Shown piece after piece: positions 26,901-44,090 of a stretch of DNA of 64,000 nt. Position 1 is the first letter of the stretch; every line of letters begins with the position of its first letter. The stretch is from NCBI RefSeq assembly GCF_009914755.1, contig NC_060936.1; one strand, 5' to 3'. The stretch comes from the human T2T-CHM13v2.0 reference genome, Homo sapiens. The notes below the pieces were generated by a model, which was not told where the DNA came from, did no database searches, and worked only from the letters and a program-made list of their open reading frames with translations. The translations under genes and the position numbers were made by a program.

Positions 26901-28284
26901 AACCATGACATTCTAGAATGTCAGGTACAACAGAGACAGCTGTTTGTCCCCCAATATCCTTCAGACAAAGCCATATATGATTGAAGGTTATCAGTACTGT
27001 GCTTTTGGAGGATTCAGAAGAAGTTATATCTGATTGGGAGATTGAAAAGGATTGGCCTGAAGGAGAGGTGGTTTTTGAACTGCATCTTAAAGGGTAGGCT
27101 TCAACAGACAAGAGACAGTGATGTTGGGGGAGGAGAATGAGGCCCTGCAGGGGACCAGAATGGTGTGCAAATGAAGGCGTGGAGGAAGGAAAACATGAGG
27201 CGCCAACTTTGAGCTGAATCCTAGGAAGAAGGTGGCCTAGCCCAGAGTGAGGTTGGAGGCTGATCCAGGCAAAGCAGCTGTATTCACAGGGACAGGAGGC
27301 AACTGTCTAAGAGGTGGGGTTTGAGGGACCCCCTTCCCAGCCGTCTACCCTTGGCCGAGACTATAACAGGCTCAGTATTCCACCACTAAAAATTCATTTC
27401 CTTGAGTAAGCCTCCAGTAGGAGACAGACCATCCCCAGAGGAATAACATGAAAGGATAAGTCTGGGCCAAGGAGGGAGTGATGAGGAAAAGACAGCTGGG
27501 AACAGCGGAGAGCCAGGCGGGGCCAGGGGCCAGAGCCCTCAACTTGCCAGGCCTCTTGCATTACCCTACTTGTCCAGGCCATCCATACTGACAGAGCACT
27601 GCTCGGCTGTGGGAGGCAGGACTGGGTCACTGGAAAGGGGTGGGCAGGTGTCGGTGCTGTGTCCATGACCTCCCTTTGCCTGGCCAGGGCTCCTCAGCCC
27701 TTCCTGCTCTGCCTGCGGGAGGTGGGCAGGGCCACGTCCACACAGCAATGCCATTTTTCAGTGCAGTTTGGCCCGGCAGCAGTGTGGGTCACTCCTTGTG
27801 TGCTTGGGTGGGGACCAGAACTCATTTATTCAACCAAGTGTTTCCAGCCCAGCCTGAGAGTCATGTCGTGAGCTAGGAGAGCAGAAGCAAGCAAGAGACC
27901 CCCTCCCCGCCCTCCAGGAGCTCACAGTCTAGAGGGGGAAGCAGGTCTTAAGTAAATAGCCACATGCTGGAGTGCAGAATCACACATGGCGAGTGCCTCA
28001 AAGCCAAAGCCCAAGCTGCCTTGTGGAAGAATAACAGGGCAGTAATGCAGATGGGTGGAGGAGCACGTCCGGGGGAGGCCTCCAGCAGCCCCGAGTGATG
28101 AGGTGGGGTTGGCGAGGGGATGAGTGTTCTAAACAGAGGGAACACCTGTGCAAAGGCTGTAAGATGGGGAAGTACCTGGGGCATCAGGCAGATCATGCCA
28201 GCCTTGTGGACAGGGGAGGGCTTTGGGAAGTTACAGAGTAAGGGAGGTTGAAGGGGTGGGCACCCACTCAGATTGGCCATTTAA

Positions 28285-28600
28285 TTAATTAATTTATTTA
28301 TTTATTCATTTATTTTGAGACAGTCTCACTCTGTCACCCATGCTGGAGCTGAAGTACAGTGGTACGATCTCAGCTCAGTTCAACCTCCGCCTCCTGGGTT
28401 CAAGCAATTCTTGTGGCTCAGCCTCCCGAGTACCTAGGATTGCAGGCATGCACACCATGCCCAGCTAATTTTTGTATTTTTAGTAGAGACAGGGTTTCAC
28501 CATGTTGCCCAAGCTGGTCTGGAACTCCTGACCTTAAGTGATCCACCTGCCTCAGCCTCCCAAAGTGCTGAGATTACAGGTGTGAGCCACCGCATCCAGC
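28285..28600 (-). mobile_element. Alu (S/J)
   Basis: Full Alu, (TTTA)n tail, TSD cagattggccattt. Confidence 0.9.
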
Positions 28601-29913
28601 CCAGATTGGCCATTTTAGAAGCCCCCCTGGCTGCAGGACAGAGAAGAGACACGCGGAAGCTACCGCTGCCATTATGGGAGAGGTGATGGTGGCCTGGGCT
28701 TGTGTTGGGCATTGAAGGTGGATAAAATTCACAGATTCAGGGGCTGTTTAAGGGGGGATCTGGTGAAGGGCTGCCTGGCGGTAGAAGGTGAGAGAGAGGG
28801 AGAGGTTTCCAGCTTGAGTGGACATGAGGAAGACAGAGGAGGGTCCGGCCCATTCCTGGAGGGTTGCCATTGCTAGTGAGTGGCTTTGGCTCCTTCCCAA
28901 GCCCCTTCACTCTTGTTTGACTGGGTTGATAATGGTAAGAATTGCTGCCATTTATGCAGCACTTAACATGTGCTAGGTCCCATGCTAAGGATGCTACGTG
29001 GATTGTTTTGTTTAATCCTCCCAACAGTGGCAGGTCCTCTTTCTCATCTCCATTTTATAGACAGGAAACTGGGACTTAGAGAGGTTAAGTAACTTGCCCA
29101 AGGTTGCCTACAACTGGCAGGTGATGGGGCCAGCTGCCCAGCCCTGCAGTCAGCCCCCAGAGCCCAGCTCTCAGCCTCTATGCCGTACTGCTTCAGGAAC
29201 TTGGGGTCTCAGCCTGCCAGTGAGGTTAGGTGAGGTTAATGGCAGCTCCTTCACTGAGCCAGGAGGCTCCCTGCACGGTGTGAGGTGTGACACGTCCAGG
29301 TACTTAACAAGCGCCACATCCCTACCCTTTCTCCCCAGCCAAAGCTGTTTCACAAGCCAGCAGCCTCGTAAATATTTCAGCAGTGTCTGTGTAGTCGAGG
29401 CTGTGAAGCCTGTCCTCTGGAGCACTTGTGACAGCGAGATCTGGGAGATGTCTCAGGGCCTGTTGCAAGCGTTTGATCAGCTGCATTTTCAAAAAGACCT
29501 TTCCCTGAGCAGCTGACAGTCTCTGGGGTGAAAGAGATTTGCAGACTTTTTCTGGAGAGAGGCCAGAGCATGAGCCGACCCAGGGGCCCAGTTGGAGCCT
29601 TTTGGCTGTAGCTGGCCTCAGTCATTCAGTCCACAATGCAGAGAGAACCCCTACTGGGTGGCTGACACTGTGCCAGGCCCCACCCTCAAGATGCTAGAGA
29701 AGAGATAGGACAGGCCCAGGTTAAACTCAGTACCAGGCAGGCTGTGGAGTAAGGAAGGACCACAGCAGAGTAAAGCAATGGAGACCGAGGTCTCAGAAAC
29801 CCTCAGGGAAGTTGGCATTTTAACTGGTCTTTGAAGACCAGGTAAGGCTTTTAAAAATGTATATTAAACAAATTAATTTTTCCCATTATATATGTAGTTA
29901 AGACATGTTCATA

Positions 29914-30206
29914 ATTTTTTTTTTTTTGAGACAGTCTTGCTCTGTCGCCCAGGCTGGAGTGCAGTGGCGCAATCTCGGCTCACTGTAAGCTCCGCCTCGT
30001 GGGTTCACGCCATTCTCCTGCCTCAGCCTCCTGAGTAGCTGGGACTACAGGCACCTGCCACCACACCCGGCTAATTTTTTGTATTTTTAGTAGAGACAGG
30101 GTTTCACCGTGTTAGCCAGGATGATCTTGATCTCCTGACATCGTGATCTACCCACCTCGGCCTCCCAAAGTGCTGGGATTACAGGCATGAGCCACCACGC
30201 CCAGCC
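29914..30206 (-). mobile_element. AluY-type
   Basis: Y diagnostics; TSD gacatgttcata. Confidence 0.9.
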
Positions 30207-30237
30207 GACATGTTCATATTTTTCAAAATTTAAAGAA

Positions 30238-30880
<643 letters not shown>

Positions 30881-31451
30881 AAGAACGAAGGAAGGAAGGA
30901 AAAGAAAAAGTAAAAAGAAAATAGTTACCTAGTTCCAAAACCCAGAGAAAACCATGGCTAAAACGCAGGTGTGTTTTCTTCTGGTCTTTTCTCTGTGTTA
31001 CACTTCTTTCTTTGTTCACTGAATTTTGTAGCTTAAGCATTTTGAAGGATAACATTTTGGCAAATGCAATTGAAGGAAGGGGTGGAAAGGCATTCAGAAT
31101 GGAGGAGACAGCAGAGCAAGGGTGTGGCGTCTACAAGCTCTTTACATACCCAAATCAGAAGTGATGGAGCTCACTTCCGGACGAAGCTCAGGTGGGACCC
31201 TTGAGCTTCCCAGACCCCCTACTTCTTAGCTCTCTGATTGGTTAATGGGCCACACCCTTGGCCCAGCCTCAGCCCATTTTCCTGCCTGGCACCACAGGCT
31301 GGAGTTCTGGGCAGGGACACAAGGCTGCAGCCTCCCTTCTTCCTGGCAAATTCTCCTGGGGAGGTGGAGCCTGTTGCTTGGATAATGGAGTTGTGTTTCC
31401 AGCTCCAAAACTAGGTAAAGAGGACCAGATCCCAGAATTGATAATCTAGAT

Positions 31452-32122
<671 letters not shown>

Positions 32123-32790
32123 ATCTAGACTGAACCATTCCCCACTCTCTGGAGGGCAAACCCACAGGGCGATGTTATGGGGAGACTCGGATGGGAGGGA
32201 TTGTGACATGTGGGAGAAGGATCAATCCAGACCAGGCTGGAGACAGGAGGAATGTGAGGGGGCTGCACAACTAAGCCTGACCAGGCTCCTGGGAAGAGGG
32301 GCGCGTGGAGCAGATATTTTCTCCTCCACTCTCATATTTCCCTGTTAATAGACTGTGAGCAACCTGGGAGAAATAAGACCGTGCTTTATTCATCGCCACG
32401 CCCTCGGGGCCAAACGCAGCGCCTGCCATAGAGCGAGTGCTTGCAAACATGCACTGAATTAATGAGTGAGTGAGGGATAGAATGGGGAGAGAATCCAGAC
32501 AGCAAAGAACTGTGCTGAGATGGTGCCAGTCCTGCCTGGATGGTTCCAGGGTGCAGGGTGTTTGGAGATTTTAATCCTTAAATCCTTTAGGCTATAATCT
32601 CCCAGAGAGCGGGGTGGCCACACTCTATACCCACATATGCACTTCCCAGTAGCTGGAGACAGCTGGGAACAGGCAGTGAGGACACCTGGGGTCATCACAT
32701 CCAGCCTCCTGCCCCTCTGAGCCCCTTCAAAGGAGTAGATTCTTCTCCCTCCTGCAGGCAGCCTTGGAGCTCCAGCCTGCTCCTTCCCCA

Positions 32791-32819
32791 AACACAAACA
32801 CACACACACACACACACAC
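32791..32819. repeat. (CA)n microsatellite
   Basis: aacacaaacacacacacacacacacacac. Confidence 0.9.
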
Positions 32820-33262
32820 GCCTGGGAGAAACTTCAGTGGGTCTCTCCACACTCAGGCCAGGATGGTAAAGGTTGCCCAGGCAGCCCAGGGAAGGAGGTA
32901 AACATGCAGCTGCCTCCACCTGGCCCGGTTCTGCCCGCACTTCAAGCTGGGGCCCTACCCTTGCCTAAGTCATGGGTCAGCGACTCTCAGGAGCACCTTC
33001 CTCACACACATTGACTCAAGGTGAGGTACCACAGGCAAGTTTCCACAGTCCTCACCCTTAGCAAGCCTCTTCTGGCCCAGCAGTGGGCAAGGTAGGGATG
33101 TGGCAGCATGGGGAGGACCTGTGAAGGCAGAAAAGACACCACAGTGGCTCACATGGATGCACGGTTAGCTCTGTACTCTGAGAGGCAGCCTATTGTACAA
33201 CATAAGCAGCAGGGCTCTAGAGTTCCTCCACCTGCCCACCTGCTGTGTGTAACCCTGGGTAA

Positions 33263-33577
<315 letters not shown>

Positions 33578-33829
33578 CACCACTAACTTCTTTAGACCTT
33601 GGGTTCCTCCAAAATGGGCACAGTACAAGTCCCCTGCCCATAGCGTGGTTCAGAGATTGACTGAAAACAAATCAAGTTCTTGGAGCAGTGCCTGGCACCT
33701 AGTGAGTGTTGGGCATTGGTGATCACCATGACACAGTTTAGTTCCCTTTGCAGTTGGGGAAATGAGGTTCCAAGAGGATCAATTCCTAGAAGCAGTTATA
33801 AAGACAAAACGGTTTTACATCATTCAGAT

Positions 33830-35290
<1,461 letters not shown>

Positions 35291-36062
35291 TTTTTAAAAA
35301 TTGTTTTTCCAGCTTAAGTTTAGGGAGTAAGGGTGATTACAAGGGACAACATAGAAAAATTGAGAGAACTCTGGCTTTGGAGGCAAACAACCCGTGGGTG
35401 GAATCCTGGCTCCACCACTTACAAGCTGGATGGCTTTGGTCAAGTTACTTCACTTCTCTTTCCTTCTATTTCCCCACCCCCCGATAAGGAAATGATTAAT
35501 AATAACTAACATTTCCTGAGTGCTTACTGTCTTCCAGGCATCGTGCTCAGCGTCTTAAAGACATGATGGCAATTTAATCCTCCTATCAGTTCAGTGAAGC
35601 AGGAGTCGTTATTATTGTCCCCACTTTAGAGATGAGGAAGAAACTGAAGCACAGGTGGTTGAGCAATTTGTCCAAGGTTACACACCTAGAAAGGGGCGCG
35701 GCAGGGACCTGAACCGGGGCAGTCTGACTCCACAGCCCACTGTCCTCTAGCGGTTGTTGTGGAGAAGAGAGAGGGTGATGGTGATGCCCTCCTGCAGGCC
35801 CTGATAGATGGGAAGACCAGGCCAGAAGGCGAGCAGGGCCGTCCCTGGCACTTCCCCTCAGGGATGGAGCACAGTCAAGCCTGGCGTGTGGGGGGTGCAA
35901 CCCCTATTGCAGCTGCAGTCTCTCCCCTTCCCCAGACTCCCCCCTCACCTGCTGTGACCCAGACCCTTGCATAAGAACACAGCCGTTCTTGGTGAGTTCT
36001 GTTTCCATTGCCATTATGGTTCTCCTCCTAATTGTTTCATTAATCAGAAAGGGCTGATCAAT

Positions 36063-36312
36063 GCTGGGAGGCCAAGGTGGGAGGATTGCTTAAGGCCAGG
36101 AGTTCAGCCTGGGCAACGTAGTGAGACCCTTCACCTCTACCCCCGCCTCTACCAAAAATTAAATAAATACAATTAGCTAGGCGTGGTGGCACATGCCTGT
36201 GGTTCCAGCTACTCAGGAGGCTGAGGAGGGAGGATTGCTTGAACCCAGGAGGTCAGGGCTGCAGTGAGCTGTGTTCTTACCACTGCACTCCAGCTTGTGT
36301 GACAGAGCAAAA
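36063..36312 (+). mobile_element. AluJ, degenerate
   Basis: gggaggccaaggtgggaggattgctt...cactgcactccagcttgtgtgacagagc. Confidence 0.8.
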
Positions 36313-36354
36313 TCCTCTTGTAGTTGTGGGTGGGGGGGCGGTAGGCAGGGTGCA

Positions 36355-36541
36355 GGGAAAGAGAGAGAGAAGGAAGGAAGGAAGGGAGAAAGAGAGAGAC
36401 AGAGAAAAAGAAAGAAGAAAGGAAAAGAAAGAAAGAAGAAAGGAAAGAAAGAAAGAGACGGAGAGAGGAAAGAAGGAAGGAAAAAAAGGAAGGAAGGAAG
36501 GAAAGAGGGAGAGAGAGAAACAGAGAAAAAGAAAGAAGAAA

Positions 36542-36592
<51 letters not shown>

Positions 36593-36677
36593 GAAAAGAA
36601 AAGAAAGGAAAAGGAAGGAAGGCAGGAGGAAAGAAGGAAAAAAGGAAGGGAGGGAGGGAGGGAAAGAGAGAGAAAGG
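36355..36677. repeat. Compound polypurine repeat, (GAAA)n/(GGAA)n/(GA)n
   Basis: ~320 bp almost purely A/G, with a perfect (GAAA) run at ~36540-36590. Confidence 0.95.
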
Positions 36678-39559
36678 GCTGACTGTAGGAAATCTCCCCA
36701 TCCCCATGCTTCTCCAGAATCAGCTGGCCTGGGGGGTCCTTGGGTCACCTTAGAGGGCAGAGATCCTGAGTGCAGTTGGGCAGAGTGAGGTATTGATAGG
36801 AACACTAAGGATAGTACTAACAGTCATCATTTACACCTCGTGTGTGCCAGGAAGGGGCCAGGTCCCACATGATCTCAGTTCATCTTTACAACACCCTGAA
36901 GGATGGTCTTGTTATCTTCTCCATTTTGCAGATGAGGAAACTGAGGCTGAGAGGGTAGAGAACTTTGCCTGAGGTCACTCAGCAGGTAGGTGGTGGAGCC
37001 AGGGGTGTAACCCGGGCTGTGGGCCTCCACATCAGATACAGACAGAACAGGAAGGTGTTGCAGAGGCTGGCGATGCTGCGATTCTCTGGGTAGCAAAGGG
37101 AGGGGACATTCCCAGCAGAAGGAACGGTTTGTGTAAAGGTGTGGAGGTGTGATACGGTGTGGCCTGTTCAGGGTGGTGACTAACAGTGGCCAGAGTGAAG
37201 GGTGTGTAGAGAGGAGTGCCAGCAGATGAGGCAAGGGGCTGGGGACTGGGGCCAAGGTGGAAGAACTTCAGGTTCCAGGCCAAGGAAATGAACTTTGTCC
37301 TTGGGTAGAGGGGTGCCACAGGAGGCATTGAACAAGAGTGCAACCTTGGGTTTGTATGGTGAGCCTCCAGCAATACCTTGGCAGGTGGGATCCTCATGTC
37401 CACCCCGGGTGCCAGCCACATTTTACAGGCTGGGAAACAGAATGGTTATGAGACCGGCTCAGACCACACAGCAATAGACAACTGGCCCCAAGCCAGTTCT
37501 CTCGTTGTCACAGGACGTTGCTTCGAAACTCAGGTCATAGTGAGAAAGGCAGGGGCATCCTTCCGTTCCTCACTTCTCCAGCCCTGTGCCTGCTCAGCTC
37601 ACTGGAGAACGTGAAATGAAGATCAACTGGACCGAGGCCCAGGCATATCTGCTCACCAAGAATAAGACAGAAAACAATAAAAGCAAATCATGGAGCTCCA
37701 GCTATGTGCTAGGCACTGGGCTGGGAGGAAACTAAACAGAGAACAACAGTGCCAGGCACTCTCTCTGATAATGAGTGTTCTGGACTGAGGGTCCCCCAGA
37801 CTGGCCTAGGAGGTGCTGTCCAATCCGCCTGAAGAGCTGGAATGGGCTCCAAGTGGAGAGAACTGTGGGATTGCTGGCTCAGCCCCCAACTATGCAGTGA
37901 CCTTGGACGGAGCGGGCCCTCTGGGAGCCTTGGCAAGCCAGTTGCTAAGAGGGGAGACTGCACCAGAGAAGGGATTTTTAATATATGAAACCTTGGGGAG
38001 CTCCTCAAGCTGACTCGGGAGGTCTGGGGTAGGGACTCTGGTTGGGGTGTTTTGACAAGTTCCACCGGAAACTCGGAAAGCACACCTGGTTAGAAATAAC
38101 TAGATGATCAAGGTCCTTCCAGACTCAGTTCAACAAATTCAACACAACACATGTTTACTGAGCACACACCATGCCAGGTGCCATTCTGCAATGTTAGGAT
38201 ACATCAGTGAGCAAAATAACAAAAAGTTCTAGAAGTTAGAGATACTGTGGACAGGGGAAAGCGGTGCTAGGCAAGGTGGTGAGGAGGGCAGGGATGTGGC
38301 AGTTCCAGGACTCAGCAGGATGGGCAGGGCTGGCCTTGTTGAGAAGGAGACTGGAAAAAGCAAGGGAGCCAACTGAGTGACATTTGGGGGAAGAGCATTC
38401 CAAGCAGTCAACAGCAAGAGCAAAGGCCCTGACAGGGAGCACGCAGGCAGGGTGGCCAGCGTGGCTGGAGCGGAGTGGCCAAGGGCTGGGGTGGGGTGAG
38501 GGGCAGGGGCCAGCTGTGGAATGCTGCTCCTACGTGCTAGTGTTCTAAGACTCATTCAGCACTGCCCTGAGTATCTTGACTCTGAACCTGTCCCTGCCCT
38601 GACCCCTTCCCCAATCAACTTTAATTTTAGGGACCCACCCATCACAGTAAATGCCAGCACTGCTGATGCCAAAACAATGTTATTTGTGTAAGTATGTGTT
38701 TTGTATTTTACCGCCTTAATCCTGTCTTCAACCTCTCCTCTTCTGTCCCACCCAAGTATCTGCCCTTCCTTTCTTGACTCCTTCCAGAGGCCCTCGGAAT
38801 TTGTGACCTGAAGGAAGAAGAGCAGGGCCGTGGGAAGTATGTAACCAGTGTCATGCCCCTGGTCCCAAGGAAGCAGTGGCTTGGTAAAGAGGGGACCCCC
38901 GTCAATAACTCCCTGTAATTACTGGGCACCCACTCTGAGCTCCTCAGTGGAATCCTAAGGTTAATAAGACTGTCTCTAGCCACTGGGGCTCCCAGCCTGG
39001 AGTGAGGTAAGAGGAGTGGAGCCGGCTGGGGAGGGAGACGAACACATACACAGAAGATTCAGACACACTTGCAATGTATTGCTGGGGATTCTCCAGCATT
39101 GGCATGATGGAGAGGGTGGAGAATCATTTGACCGCCTCCGCCTAGGATTGCAGAGTTCAGCTGGCCATCATCCACCAGCCGGGGGACTGTGCACATCAGT
39201 TAACCTCTCCTCTCAGGCCTTGAAAAGCACCAGGCTTAGTACACGTTTGTTAAATGAATGCACTGCAGTTTTTTTGCTTGTTAAAGGCAGGTAATAATAA
39301 TGATATTGCTGACTAAGGGCTCCCATCCACTCCCAGTGAGCCCGGTGCCCCCCCGGGCCTCCTCAGTGAGCTGAGGAGGCTCAGCAGTGCCTGCACGTCC
39401 CCTCGCCACAATGTCATGTGCCACCTCTTCAAAGGAGGGATGTACCAGCTAGTGGACGTGACCTTGACTGCAAAGGGCGGCACGCAGCTGATGTAATGGT
39501 CGCTTAAGTGTTCACAAATGTAAGTCATTACTATTATAAGTGGTGGGTGATCAAGTGGC

Positions 39560-39742
39560 TAGGGGTGCCATCTTTAGCAAATAAAAATATAGGACGCACA
39601 GTTAAATTTGAATTTCAGATAAGAATTTCTTAGCATAAGTATGCCCTATGCAATATTTGGGACACATTTATACCAAAAAAAACTCAATATTTATCTGAAA
39701 TTCAAATGTAACTGTGTGTCCTAGATTTTATCTGGCAGCCTT
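39560..39742. mobile_element. MER53 palindromic hAT MITE
   Basis: Inverted arms ggacgcacagttaaatttgaatttcagataa / ttatctgaaattcaaatgtaactgtgtgtcc. Confidence 0.82.
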
Positions 39743-40456
39743 ATTGATGGCGGCTTATTGACTGGCTGGGAATGACAGGGGTGTAGGCCAGGAAATGGCT
39801 CTGTGAAGGCTGCCTAGAACTGAATCGAACATGAGGATGAGTCAGTGTCAAGACTCCCAGTGGGGCCATCGGATCATTACTGCATGATCGTCTTAAGCCT
39901 TTGTTAGTGAATCCCTCAGACTCACGCCTTCTTCTCTCCAGGCCTGAACACCCTGTCCTACCTGGTCCTACCTGGATGCTGGCCTCAGTAAGCTCCTGGG
40001 CTCATTGAAGATGAACCTAGCAGTAGTATTTACACCACTTGTTGTGTGCCCACTGTGGGCCCGGCGCCATGCCGAGTGCTCTATGGATGTGAGGTAATGA
40101 AGCTGCATGGGTGGGATTCAAATGCAGGGTGGTCTGACCCCAGGGCCAAGATCTCTTTCTATTGCACCATGCTATGGCCTGATCAAAGACTCAAGCATCT
40201 AGGACAGAGAAAGAGGGAGCAGGAGGGGACACAGAATATCCTAAAGTGGCCTCCTACTGTGTCCCAGGCACTGTGTTAGGATTCACTGAGTTGTCACAAA
40301 AATCCTGCAAAGTTCATTCTCGAGGACGCTCTGGAATTTAAATACCTTGCCAAGATCATACAGATTAAGTGGTGGAGCAGGGATTTGAACGGAGGTCTGT
40401 CTCACTGCAAAGCCCAAGTAATTTTGCCCCCTTTTGTGTGTATGCATCCTGGGATG

Positions 40457-40632
40457 ATGTGTGCATGCATGTGTGTGTGTATGCGTGTGTGCGTGCATGT
40501 GTGCATGTGTGTGTGTATATGCGTGCATGTGTGTGTATGTGTGTGTGCATGTGTGTGCATGCGTGCATGTGTGTGTGTATCGTGCATGTGTGCATATGCG
40601 TGCATGTGTGTGTGTGTGTGTGCATGTGTGTG
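40457..40632. repeat. Degenerate (TG)n/(TGCA)n alternating purine-pyrimidine repeat
   Basis: gtgcatgcatgtgtgtgtgtatgcgtgtgtgcgtgc... Confidence 0.95.
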
Positions 40633-41987
40633 TTCCTACAGTCACATCCCACCTTCGGAGTGGCGCTTTCCGGTCCTACCCAGCCCTTCCTCTCTTGGGA
40701 TGGGTCTAGGGCCTTGGAGGTGATTAGACTCTAGTGGTGCTGGCACAGGGCTGGCTTTCTCAGCATATTTCAGGGGACTGTGTCCTCTGCCTGCTGTCCC
40801 CCAATCAGTAGCTTCTCTTGGGACTTGCCCTCCCCTGCCAGGGCTAAGGTCTGGTTGGTTCCCAGGCCCCTGGGCCTTGGACAGGGGAGCTGGGGGGTGA
40901 GGGGTGGTGGATGGTGGGAGAGGGCAGGACCGGCAAAGAAGAGACTGACAAATACCATGGATGTCTCATTTTCAGTTCCTGCTCTGTCACTCCCACACAC
41001 TTGCTCTCTGCAATCCCTAGAATCAAACAGTATTCAAACTGGAAGAGGCCTTAGAAAATAACTGGTCTTCTCTACTCATTCTACAGAGAAACGGAGGCCC
41101 AGAAAGCAGAAATGATGTGTTAAGATCACTCATCAAGCTGATGGTACAGAGGTTAGAGCCTCTGCTCCCTGCTCTACCTCTTTCCCTTACTCCACATCCA
41201 TGCCTGTCTCTTCCAATGGGTCGGCATCCACCCTGACACATTAAAGCCAAAAGGAACCTTAAGCTAGGGAAGGGGCTCCAGAACTTTAGTGAAAGATTCA
41301 AACATGTCCACTCAACTCAATGGAGAAAATACAATATTCAATCAATGGTGTTGGGATGCCTGGAATATTGTTGGAGAGGGATCATAAAAATGGAACCAAA
41401 ACAATTCCATTTGGGTCAAAGATTTAAGTGTCATAAAGCCATGTAAATTCTATAAGGAAGTATGGGTAAATTGATTTACATTTTGGAATAGGAAAGTCTT
41501 TCTTTTTTTCCAACTTTTATTTTAGATTTGGGGGATATATGTGCAGGTTTGTTATAAGGCTATACTGCAGGATGCTGGGATTTGGGGTACAATCAAACCC
41601 ATCACCCACATAGCATAGTGGGAAGGCTTTTCTAATCAGGATGGAAAACCCAGAGTCATACAGGAAAAGACTAATACATTCAACCACATAAAAAAATTTT
41701 AAACTTCTGTATGGAAAACCACCATAGAAATGTTTTTCCAATAACTGAGGAAAATATGATATGGGGATATTTCCTTAATTTGCAAAGAAACTCATACTAA
41801 TTAATATGAAAAAACAATTATTTTAATTGCTAATACTTAATGATCATTTACTATATGCTAGACACTATTTTAAGTATATGGATTATTTCATTTAATTCTC
41901 ACAGTAAGTAACCCTATAAGGTAAGTGCTATTATTACTATCTCCATTTTATAGATGAGAACACTGAAGCAGTTTTTTCTAAAGATAG

Positions 41988-42579
<592 letters not shown>

Positions 42580-43780
42580 TCAAGAAATGCAAAATAAAAC
42601 TAAAATTAAACATCACTTTTTCACCTTTCTGCTTGGCAAAAATGAAAACATTTGCCAATACTCAGGGATGGTGAGAAAAACTACTTATATAACTTATATA
42701 ACTGTTCCTCTGTAGATTCTGAGTTCTATCCTAGTAACAGTTCATGTCACCAAAAAACTACACATTAGAACCACCTTAGCTTAGCTGCCCAGGAAAAATG
42801 CCTTCAGCCAAGTTCCATTTTAATGTTATACGCTTGGCATCTCTTGATGGTTGGCAGAAGAAATGACCACATGAAAAGCTGCATTTTTTTGTCCTGGAAA
42901 AACCACCACTAAAGGCATTGTAATCTACATTGAGTATATAAGGAAGGGCCCACACAATAAATTATCTGCAGTATTTACTACCAGGAAAGATTTACTTTCT
43001 CCTGAAGACCTGATGTGTTATTTTGCCATACGATGGTAATCATATAAACCTCTGTTTCTCGTTTCTCCTTGGCTGCTAAGAAGCTCAAAAATCACATCTG
43101 ATGATCCACTCTAGTGACAACATAGCCAGGGCGATTGGCATCTGACTTCTCAACCCAACCTGACCTCATATTAGCTTTTTTCTTTTGTCTCCTCTCCCCT
43201 TCCATTAGTTTCTCTTCTTCCACTTGCTGTTTAGTTTTCTAATTCTAGCTTAACAAAATTATTATAAATGTGTGTTTTTGGAAGCTATTTCAAAATCTTT
43301 TGGAAGTAGATAGGATATGTTACAAATAGTCAAACTCCCTTAGTTTATAGATGAGAAAACTCAAGTTCTTTAGAAGTTAAATGACTTATTCCAGTGTTAA
43401 TCAGCTTATATCTGTGTGCACATGTGACTCTCACTTTATTGTAAGTGTCTTAGAATTATATTTATCTCTGAGACTCTGGTGGCCAGCTTTGAGCCAAGTA
43501 CATGGTAAATTGTCAATGTATATATATTGGTTGAAAAAATTCTAAGTGCTGTGAGGAAAGGGACATTTTTGCAGGGGATAAGGTCGTAGTAGGTGCTCAT
43601 GAGAACTGAATTCACAACAGGGCGTGGCCTCAGCCTCTGGCCTCACCCCACCACACCCTAGCATCTCCACCACCCAGGAGTCTCAGGGCTGGGCTTCATG
43701 CAACCCATCTGCCCTACACCTGCCCGCACTCTGCCTTTGTCTCCACTATTCCACTTTGGCCCTCTTGCCTTGTCCAGTGA

Positions 43781-44090
<310 letters not shown>

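Noticed and set aside
36209-36805. Long K/E/R-rich and F/L/S-rich ORFs
   Set aside because: Artefacts of the stop-free polypurine repeat.
40283-40734. HT- and CV-repeat ORFs
   Set aside because: Translations of the TG/CA repeat.
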